A DNA stretch of 20,000 nucleotides, taken from the IMG/VR virus record IMGVR_UViG_3300001605_000024, positions 57,268 to 77,267 of that record; one strand, 5' to 3'. This DNA is from an uncultured virus (IMG/VR IMGVR_UViG_3300001605_000024). Lineage: Duplodnaviria; Heunggongvirae; Uroviricota; Caudoviricetes. This document shows, one piece after another, positions 8,833-14,188 of the stretch (positions within the stretch are counted from its first letter, which is position 1; each line of letters starts with the position of its first letter). The notes under the pieces were generated by a model, which was not told the DNA's origin, made no database searches, and saw only the letters and a list, made by a program, of their open reading frames with translations. The translations under genes were made by a program, and so were the position numbers.

Positions 8833-8866
8833 AAAGCCTCGGACAAAAAAAGTTCGAGGTTTTTTT
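8833..8866 (+). terminator. Intrinsic terminator (putative attenuator) upstream of the tRNA array
   Basis: AAAGCCTCGGAC-A7-GTTCGAGGTTTTTTT; 5' arm CTCGGACA (8838-8845) also pairs with TGTCCGAG (8783-8790). Confidence 0.85.
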
Positions 8867-8872
8867 AGTTCC

Positions 8873-8935
8873 GTTTGGCTTTAAGAGATATGGATGTTAT
8901 ATTTAGGAGTAATTAAGATATGAGATGCATATCTG
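8873..8935 (+). repeat. Promoter + 5' hairpin unit, copy 1
   Basis: GTTTGGC-N18-TATATTTAGGAGTAATTAAGA followed by hairpin AGATATG/CATATCT. Confidence 0.75.
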
Positions 8936-8964
8936 AAAAGAAAAAAAAAGAAATACTTACAAAT

Positions 8965-9032
8965 GTTTGGCTCCTAAAAATAAGGATGTTATATTTAGGA
9001 AGTAATTGAGACGTGGAATAAGTTCACATCTA
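8965..9032 (+). repeat. Promoter + 5' hairpin unit, copy 2
   Basis: GTTTGGC-N18-TATATTTAGGAAGTAATTGAGACGTGGAATAAGTTCACATCT, nearly identical to 12484-12550. Confidence 0.8.
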
Positions 9033-9041
9033 AAAAAATAA

Positions 9042-9117
9042 CGGGTGGTAGAGGAGTCAGGTTTATCTCGCTTCCCTTGGAAGGAAGAGCACGTGCGTTC
9101 GAATCGCACTCACCCGA
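9042..9117 (+). tRNA. tRNA-Pro(TGG)
   Basis: Cloverleaf; CTTCC-CTTGGAA-GGAAG; TTCGAAT T-loop. Confidence 0.92.
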
Positions 9118-9127
9118 CTTAACAAAT

Positions 9128-9198
9128 TGACCTATAGTGTAACGGTAACACACAACACTTTGACTGTTGTTTTTCTAGTTCGAATCTAGATAGGTCAT
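9128..9198 (+). tRNA. tRNA-Gln(TTG)
   Basis: TGACCTA/TAGGTCA acceptor; CAACA-CTTTGAC-TGTTG. Confidence 0.92.
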
Positions 9199-9209
9199 CC
9201 GAAAGATTT

Positions 9210-9226
9210 AGTTCTTTGACGTATTG
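9210..9226 (+). promoter_or_regulatory. boxA-like antitermination element
   Basis: AGTTCTTTGACGTATTG, similar to rrn boxA; second copy at 13039. Confidence 0.6.
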
Positions 9227-9262
9227 ATGCCAAAAAATTCTCCGGTATACTCGCCTTCGTAG

Positions 9263-9336
9263 GGGTTGGTAGCATAGTGGTTTAATGCAGTTGACTGTTA
9301 ATCAAAAGATCGTGAGTTCGAATCTCACCCAACCCG
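9263..9336 (+). tRNA. tRNA-Asn(GTT)
   Basis: GGGTTGG/CCAACCC acceptor; loop CTGTTAA. Confidence 0.9.
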
Positions 9337-9392
9337 CTTAATTTTTCTTGTTAAGAGAAAGAGCTTTGATATATTTATAATAAATATTAATT

Positions 9393-9839
9393 ATGAAGTA
9401 TATTAAAGAAAACAAAACTGAGATTATAGAATTATATAAAAGCTCTAATGGTAATTTAAATATTACGGCTAATAGATTTAATTTAGTTTCAAAATGGGCT
9501 ATAAGAAATTTCCTTCAAAAAGAAAATTTATATGGTAAAATTAAAGCAAAAGAAACACTTCAAGAAAAAAGTAGAAGAAAAAGTTTACATGTTATTAACT
9601 GGAAGAGAAATAGGAAAATTGAATTAGTCAAATATAAAGGAGGTAAATGTGAAAAGTGTGGGTATGATAAATGTATTGAAGCATTAGAATTCCATCATAA
9701 AGACCCATCCCAAAAAGATTTCAATATAAGTTCTCATTCCTATTCATCAAAAAGAATGAAAGATGAAGCCGATAAATGTTTGTTATTATGTTCTAATTGT
9801 CATAGAGAAGAACATGTAAGGTTAAAATTAGATAATTAG
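9393..9839 (+). CDS. HNH endonuclease
   Basis: CEKCGY...LEFHH...LLCSNCHREEH. Confidence 0.9.
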   Translation: MKYIKENKTEIIELYKSSNGNLNITANRFNLVSKWAIRNFLQKENLYGKIKAKETLQEKSRRKSLHVINWKRNRKIELVKYKGGKCEKCGYDKCIEALEFHHKDPSQKDFNISSHSYSSKRMKDEADKCLLLCSNCHREEHVRLKLDN

Positions 9840-9863
9840 TTCAATTGACCGGAGAGCATAATT

Positions 9864-9937
9864 GGGCCTATGGCGCAACTGGTTAGCGTAGCACGCTCAT
9901 AACGTGAAAGTTGGGAGTTCGAATCTCTCTAGGCCCA
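9864..9937 (+). tRNA. tRNA(CAT), probably Ile2 (lysidine type)
   Basis: Loop CTCATAA; body GGGCCTA...GCACG resembles tRNA-Ile; separate Met and fMet genes are present. Confidence 0.8.
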
Positions 9938-9944
9938 CAATTCT

Positions 9945-10116
9945 GAGACGACTGTGGTAACCAGCCCACGGTATATGAATCCTTAAAAGCCGTCTTGATT
10001 CGCGATATTAAAGCGGTGCGGGTAGAGTTGATATAAGTTTGGAGTAGCTTGCCAATTAACGAAAATTCAACCACTAACGAGAGTTAGTCATGATGTCGAT
10101 GCCGACAAAAATCGGA
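9945..10116 (+). ncRNA. Unassigned structured RNA
   Basis: GC-richer than the genes; several stems including ACTAAC-GAGA-GTTAGT (GNRA loop). Confidence 0.45.
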
Positions 10117-10124
10117 ATTAATTT

Positions 10125-10196
10125 AGTTCCTTAGGCTAACTGGAAGACCTTTCGGCTACGAACCGGAGAGTGTTGGTTCGAATCCAACAGGGACTA
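10125..10196 (+). tRNA. tRNA-Arg(ACG)
   Basis: TTCGG-CTACGAA-CCGGA; GTTGG-TTCGAAT-CCAAC; weak D-stem. Confidence 0.88.
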
Positions 10197-10254
10197 CGGT
10201 AACCGTTTGCAGCTGCACTACGTTCGGGACTAAAATTAAATCGGGCAGCAACAT

Positions 10255-10326
10255 GGCTCTATAGTTAAATGGAAATAACGAGACTCTTCTAAAGTCAAGT
10301 TCCTAGTTCGATTCTAGGTAGAGCTA
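10255..10326 (+). tRNA. tRNA-Arg(TCT)
   Basis: GGCTCTA/TAGAGCT acceptor; loop CTTCTAA. Confidence 0.9.
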
Positions 10327-10328
10327 CT

Positions 10329-10437
10329 TCATCTGTAGTTTAACATGGGGTAAAACACAATGACTGGTAAGTCGCTCTTGGAGATGATCACTCCCGAACT
10401 TACTAAGAGTAAGCTGGTTCAAGCCCAGCTGGATGAG
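10329..10437 (+). ncRNA. tRNA-like RNA with an expanded anticodon-arm region
   Basis: Acceptor TCATCTG/TGGATGA, D-arm and T-arm GCTGG-TTCAAGC-CCAGC flank an approximately 55-nt stem-loop. Confidence 0.7.
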
Positions 10438-10469
10438 CAATAAAATTATGTTACATTAAAAAGAAAATT

Positions 10470-10979
10470 ATGAATGCTTACAACCGTACATTAGTACTAG
10501 ACGTTTCATATTTGGCACGTGGTATTATTACTGCTGAAAGAGCTTTTGTAATTTCTTACAAAGGTAACGCAGAAATAATTCATGAACATGAAGAAACATT
10601 CGGATTAGTTAATCCAGACTTAGAAATTAGAAAACCTTCAATTATTAGAGTTAAGAAATATGTTAACGATAAGTTACATAGGGTACCATTAACACGAGAT
10701 AATGTGTATCGTAGAGATGGATATGAGTGTGTTTATTGTGGTGAAGGTAGAAAAAAATTACTTACTTTAGACCATGTTATACCTAAATCTAAAGGTGGAG
10801 CAGATACGTGGGAAAACTTAGTCACTGCTTGCAGTAAATGCAATAATGAAAAAGATAATTTAACATTAGAGGAATACGGAAAAGCAATTCCACAACCATA
10901 TAGACCACATTATCTAATGATGATTAAGTCAATGTTTGATATACCTGAGGAATGGAAGAAGTTTTTACTATTTCAATAA
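10470..10979 (+). CDS. HNH endonuclease (McrA-like)
   Basis: RDGYECVYCG...LTLDHVIPKSKGG...WENLVTACSKCNNEK. Confidence 0.92.
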   Translation: MNAYNRTLVLDVSYLARGIITAERAFVISYKGNAEIIHEHEETFGLVNPDLEIRKPSIIRVKKYVNDKLHRVPLTRDNVYRRDGYECVYCGEGRKKLLTLDHVIPKSKGGADTWENLVTACSKCNNEKDNLTLEEYGKAIPQPYRPHYLMMIKSMFDIPEEWKKFLLFQ

Positions 10980-10982
10980 AAT

Positions 10983-11015
10983 GTTTGGCTCTTAAAAATA
11001 AAATACTTATATTTA
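10983..11015 (+). promoter_or_regulatory. Bacteroidota-type -33/-7 promoter
   Basis: GTTTGGC-N18-TATATTTA. Confidence 0.8.
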
Positions 11016-11030
11016 GGTATAAGTTAAGAT

Positions 11031-11142
11031 AGTCAGGTGGCGGAATTGGTAGACGCTGTCCGTGGAGGATTGATTGGTTCTGTTCAATTCAGACGTTGGA
11101 AATGGTGTTCCACAAATACAGGTTCAAGTCCTGTCCTGACTA
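11031..11142 (+). ncRNA. tRNA-like RNA with a Leu-like D-arm and no canonical anticodon arm
   Basis: AGTCAGG/CCTGACT acceptor, GCGGAATTGGTAGACGC D-arm, ACAGG-TTCAAGT-CCTGT T-arm, approximately 60-nt branched insert. Confidence 0.72.
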
Positions 11143-11198
11143 CCTACGTTTTCTGAGAACCACGCTAGACAGATGACAGTTCGGAAAGACGACAATAT

Positions 11199-11272
11199 AG
11201 TACCTTAGCTCAATTGGTTAGAGCATCCGTCTGATACGCGGAAGGTTATAGATTCGAGTTCTATAGGTACTA
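11199..11272 (+). tRNA. tRNA-Ile(GAT)
   Basis: TCCGT-CTGATAC-GCGGA; full cloverleaf. Confidence 0.92.
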
Positions 11273-11279
11273 CATAAAT

Positions 11280-11353
11280 GCTCCTTTAGCTTAGCTGGTA
11301 AAAGCGTTTGGCTTACATCCAAAAGGTCGGTGGTTCGAATCCATCAGGGAGTA
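11280..11353 (+). tRNA. tRNA-Val(TAC)
   Basis: TTTGG-CTTACAT-CCAAA; full cloverleaf. Confidence 0.92.
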
Positions 11354-11412
11354 CGAGTGGGACTGTTACTAATTCATAGAACTATAGAGTGTTTGCATAG
11401 AATTAGAATTAT

Positions 11413-11494
11413 GCCTGTATCGCATAGCGGCAATTGCTGAGCACTGTAAATGCTCTCTCTTTGGAGTTCGGTGGTTCGAGTCCATCTGCAGGCA
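11413..11494 (+). tRNA. tRNA-Tyr(GTA)
   Basis: GAGCA-CTGTAAA-TGCTC; long variable arm. Confidence 0.92.
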
Positions 11495-11528
11495 CAACTT
11501 AGGTTCGAGAAACTAATATTTATAATAA

Positions 11529-11984
11529 ATGTTAGATATGAAAACTCAAGATAAAGTACTTGAATTAAGAACTAAAGGAAAAACAATACCGGAAATATGT
11601 TCTATATTAGGTATAAAAAAAGGATCAGTAGGTTATCACTTAAAAAACTTAAATTTAAGTAAAAATAATCAAAGTAGTAAACCTTCAAAAAGTAAAGATT
11701 ATTGGCCTATATTAAAAGGTGAAGAACAAAGTATTGGAACATATCATAATAATATTAGAGGTGTTTTAAAACGATTTATTATAAAAAATAATATAATACC
11801 TTACATGTGTTCTGAATGTGGGTGTGATGATAACTGGAGAGGTAAAAAAATGTCATTAATTTTAGACCACATAAATGGTATAAATAATGACAATAGATTA
11901 GAAAATCTAAGATTCTTATGTCCCAATTGTGATTCTATTCAAGATACATATAAAGGTAGAAATAAAAAAACAATGGAGCAGTAG
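11529..11984 (+). CDS. HNH endonuclease with N-terminal HTH
   Basis: CSECG...LDHINGINNDNRLENLRFLCPNCDS; HTH-like N-terminus; start may be 11538. Confidence 0.9.
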   Translation: MLDMKTQDKVLELRTKGKTIPEICSILGIKKGSVGYHLKNLNLSKNNQSSKPSKSKDYWPILKGEEQSIGTYHNNIRGVLKRFIIKNNIIPYMCSECGCDDNWRGKKMSLILDHINGINNDNRLENLRFLCPNCDSIQDTYKGRNKKTMEQ

Positions 11985-12047
11985 CAATGGAGGTCCACGC
12001 ACTGAATTGAAGCTTCAGACATGTAAGTTCGATACTTACCTGCTCCA
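11975..12047 (+). tRNA. tRNA-Phe(GAA), atypical D-arm and anticodon loop
   Basis: GGAGCAG/CTGCTCC acceptor; CTGAA-TTGAAGC-TTCAG; overlaps the HNH stop. Confidence 0.82.
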
Positions 12048-12055
12048 CATTATAT

Positions 12056-12128
12056 TCTCTCGAAGCTCATGTGGACGGGCTACTGGCTTTTAACCAGTAG
12101 GTAGTTGGTTCGAGGCCAACCGGGAGAA
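12056..12128 (+). tRNA. tRNA-Lys(TTT)
   Basis: ACTGG-CTTTTAA-CCAGT; A at position 8. Confidence 0.9.
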
Positions 12129-12136
12129 CAGTAAAT

Positions 12137-12223
12137 AGAGGTGATCTGGCTGGATCAAGACCCGATCTTGAAAATCGGTAGAACGTTAATAGCGTTTTGT
12201 GAGTTCGAGTCTCACCGCCTCTT
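12137..12223 (+). tRNA. tRNA-Ser(TGA)
   Basis: CCGAT-CTTGAAA-ATCGG; long variable arm. Confidence 0.88.
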
Positions 12224-12229
12224 CAATAT

Positions 12230-12303
12230 GGCAAGATGGTAGAGTTGGTTTCTTACACTGGTCTCATAAGCCGGGGACATAGGTTCAAATCCTATTCTTG
12301 CTA
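12230..12303 (+). tRNA. tRNA-Met(CAT), probably elongator
   Basis: CTGGT-CTCATAA-GCCGG; GGC acceptor start. Confidence 0.85.
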
Positions 12304-12312
12304 CTTAAATAT

Positions 12313-12387
12313 GGTGTTTGAAGCATTAAGGTGATGCGCAGGTCTGTGGAACCTGAGAAGACGGGTCGGTACCGTTCTTACACCCCA
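12313..12387 (+). tRNA. tRNA-His(GTG) with G-1 and encoded CCA
   Basis: CAGGT-CTGTGGA-ACCTG; C73-CCA; atypical T-loop GTCGGTA. Confidence 0.85.
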
Positions 12388-12388
12388 T

Positions 12389-12474
12389 AGAGAGTAAATC
12401 ATGATGGTGATTGACCTCGCCTGCTAAGCGATGGGTTCTTTAAAAAGAATACGGTTCGATTCCGTTGCTCTCTG
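12389..12474 (+). tRNA. tRNA-Ser(GCT)
   Basis: Loop CTGCTAA; long variable arm; G73. Confidence 0.87.
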
Positions 12475-12483
12475 CTGAAAAAA

Positions 12484-12550
12484 GTTTGGCTTTTAAAAAT
12501 AAAGATGTTATATTTAGGAGTAATTAAGACGTGAAATAAGTTCACATCTT
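12484..12550 (+). repeat. Promoter + 5' hairpin unit, copy 3
   Basis: GTTTGGC-N18-TATATTTAGGAGTAATTAAGACGTGAAATAAGTTCACATCTT. Confidence 0.8.
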
Positions 12551-12569
12551 AAAAGAAAAATGACAAAAT

Positions 12570-12602
12570 GTTTGGCTTTAGTAAAAATATTTCATATCTT
12601 TA
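12570..12602 (+). promoter_or_regulatory. Bacteroidota-type promoter, tandem to 12484
   Basis: GTTTGGC-N18-TATCTTTA. Confidence 0.75.
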
Positions 12603-12606
12603 TAAC

Positions 12607-12819
12607 ATGATAAAAATAGATAAGTCACTCGTAGGAAAAATAGTTAAAGTTCATTTACCTCAAACTTATTACAAAGGATCAGGAGTTTCAACTGAGGCTA
12701 GTTATATTATAGGTAAATGCACATTTGCAGGATTTAACTGGCGTATAGGTGCTAGACAAGTAACAATAAACCGAACACCTATATTTCCCGTAATAGAATC
12801 TCAAGTTGAGATTTTATAA
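12607..12819 (+). CDS. Small hypothetical protein (70 aa), possibly near-leaderless
   Basis: The track start at 12568 overlaps the promoter; ATG at 12607 lies just after the -7 box. Confidence 0.6.
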   Translation: MIKIDKSLVGKIVKVHLPQTYYKGSGVSTEASYIIGKCTFAGFNWRIGARQVTINRTPIFPVIESQVEIL

Positions 12820-12827
12820 AAATATAT

Positions 12828-12901
12828 TGCGAGTTATAGTAATGGTAACTTACTGGGCTCATAACCCAGAGCTGGAGGTTCGAATCCTTCACTCGCTACC
12901 A
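12828..12901 (+). tRNA. Initiator tRNA-fMet(CAT) with CCA
   Basis: Unpaired 1:72; three G-C pairs (GGG/CCC) in the anticodon stem. Confidence 0.92.
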
Positions 12902-12957
12902 ATTGTATTAAACAAATAATGGTCTCCAGTGCCTACCAACAGTGGAAAATTTAACAT

Positions 12958-13030
12958 GGGCTTGTAGCTCAACTGGCTGAGCGCTTCATTTGCAATGAAG
13001 AGGATGTGGGTTCAAATCCCACCTTGTCCA
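12958..13030 (+). tRNA. tRNA-Ala(TGC)
   Basis: G3:U70; CTTCA-TTTGCAA-TGAAG. Confidence 0.92.
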
Positions 13031-13038
13031 CTAAAATT

Positions 13039-13055
13039 AGATCTTTGACATATTG
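13039..13055 (+). promoter_or_regulatory. boxA-like antitermination element
   Basis: AGATCTTTGACATATTG; 15/17 identical to 9210-9226. Confidence 0.6.
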
Positions 13056-13064
13056 TAATTAAAT

Positions 13065-13217
13065 TGTAGAGTGTCGAAATTGGCAGACGAGCCCTCCTGT
13101 CCCGAGGGTGGTGATAAAGAAATAAAGTATAGTTAACGGGTGGCATTAGATTATTTTCTAAAATTATGTTAACTATACCTAATCTCATCGTAGACGGTTC
13201 GAATCCTCTCTCTACAG
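13065..13217 (+). ncRNA. tRNA-like RNA (GTC loop) with an approximately 80-nt variable-arm insertion
   Basis: TGTAGAG/CTCTACA acceptor; CCCTC-CTGTCCC-GAGGG; 11-bp GTATAGTTAAC/GTTAACTATAC stem; GGTTCGAATCC. Confidence 0.72.
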
Positions 13218-13218
13218 C

Positions 13219-13342
13219 TATAGAAACGTAGTGAAGCTGTAATGATGTTTAATTGGATAAAAGCATAAAAAAGGGTTTAGAGTAGTGTCGCGTGTCCGTA
13301 TCTCATCATCAGTAACCCCGAAAGACCCGAAGCGTTTCTATA
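13219..13342 (+). ncRNA. Unassigned rod-like RNA
   Basis: 11-bp closing stem TATAGAAACGT/GCGTTTCTATA with nested stems. Confidence 0.55.
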
Positions 13343-13346
13343 TTAT

Positions 13347-13427
13347 GCTCCAGTGTTGGAATTGGTAGACATCAATGACTTAGGATCATTGGCCTATGGC
13401 GTGGGGGTTCGAGTCCCTCCTGGAGTA
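13347..13427 (+). tRNA. tRNA-Leu(TAG)
   Basis: AATGA-CTTAGGA-TCATT; variable arm. Confidence 0.92.
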
Positions 13428-13430
13428 CAA

Positions 13431-13560
13431 AAGGTTGATTGGGGAATGGTGATATGAATTATCTGGTAGTGAAGAAAAATTAGTATCACCGGAGTTTAAA
13501 CTACTATAGTAAAGCCAATTGTAAAAGTAGATGTCCACTGAACCATCTTCTACTTTCCTA
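13431..13560 (+). ncRNA. Unassigned structured RNA with a possible pseudoknot
   Basis: GATTGG/CCAATT, GGTGATAT/GTATCACC and AAAGTAGA/TCTACTTT stems. Confidence 0.55.
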
Positions 13561-13565
13561 AAATT

Positions 13566-13637
13566 GCTCCTAAAGCATTGCTGGCGATGCGTATGTCTTG
13601 TAAACATAAAAACTTGGTTCGATTCCGAGTAGGAGCT
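13566..13637 (+). tRNA. tRNA-Thr(TGT)
   Basis: TATGT-CTTGTAA-ACATA; A8/U14. Confidence 0.9.
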
Positions 13638-13649
13638 CAAAAAATATAA

Positions 13650-13721
13650 GCGGGATTCGTATAGTGATAATTACACTAGCCTTCCAAGCCTGTGACGAGA
13701 GTTTGATTCTCTCATCCCGCT
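13650..13721 (+). tRNA. tRNA-Gly(TCC), divergent
   Basis: GCGGGAT/ATCCCGC acceptor, U73, loop CTTCCAA; mismatched anticodon stem; T-loop TTTGATT. Confidence 0.78.
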
Positions 13722-13724
13722 CTA

Positions 13725-13880
13725 GCAGTCACTTGACTCAGATAGTACAGTGAAATTGGTTGGGGTATCTGAAACCCATGAACCAAGGCGCAAGCTAAGA
13801 GTAAACTTGCAACAACTAAGTGCCAATACATTAGAAACGTAGCTCTAGGGTGATCTAGAGTCGTAGCCAATCTTAGTTAA
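13725..13880 (+). ncRNA. Unassigned structured RNA or RNAs
   Basis: Interleaved complementary segments plus GCAAG/CTTGC, AACTAAG/CTTAGTT and CTCTAG/CTAGAG stems. Confidence 0.45.
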
Positions 13881-13889
13881 TTTTAACAT

Positions 13890-13962
13890 GTTCCTGAGGA
13901 CAAATTGGTTGAGTCGTCACCCTTTCAAGGTGAAGGAGCGGGTTCGAATCCCGCCAGGAATA
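13890..13962 (+). tRNA. tRNA-Glu(TTC)
   Basis: TCACC-CTTTCAA-GGTGA; full cloverleaf. Confidence 0.92.
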
Positions 13963-14028
13963 CACAGCTGTGGTGGACAGCAATGACGGTCAATCATTAG
14001 ACGCTCAAAACCGATCCACCAACTTTAC

Positions 14029-14099
14029 ATGTCCATAGTGAAATGGTATCATAACGCTCTCCAAAAGCAGAGTTCCGAGTTCGAATCTTGGTGGACGTG
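14029..14099 (+). tRNA. tRNA-Trp(CCA)
   Basis: Loop CTCCAAA; G73; short anticodon stem. Confidence 0.85.
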
Positions 14100-14107
14100 C
14101 ATAATAT

Positions 14108-14187
14108 ACAAGTGTAGTTTAATATGGAAAAAATAACCACTTCCGGAGTGGTAGATAGGTTTAGTTCAAATCTCCTCACTTGTGCCA
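14108..14187 (+). tRNA. tRNA-Arg(CCG) with a 3-nt T-stem bulge and encoded CCA
   Basis: ACAAGTG/CACTTGT acceptor; ACCAC-TTCCGGA-GTGGT. Confidence 0.75.
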
Positions 14188-14188
14188 A

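Noticed and set aside
11143..11410. Short structured spacers (11143-11197, 11354-11410; also 10197-10252)
   Set aside because: Hairpins are present but too short or ambiguous to call without homologues.
8873..12602. Repeats as a CRISPR array
   Set aside because: The copies are dispersed and degenerate, have no regular spacers or cas genes, and are explained as promoters.
12568..12606. N-terminal extension MFGFSKNISYLYN of the 83-aa ORF
   Set aside because: It is the promoter motif itself; ATG 12607 is the more likely start.
9883..14188. Minus-strand ORFs 9883-10074, 13386-13640 and 13997-14188
   Set aside because: They lie antisense to tRNAs; peptides such as RDSNP and REIRT are typical reverse-translated T-arms.
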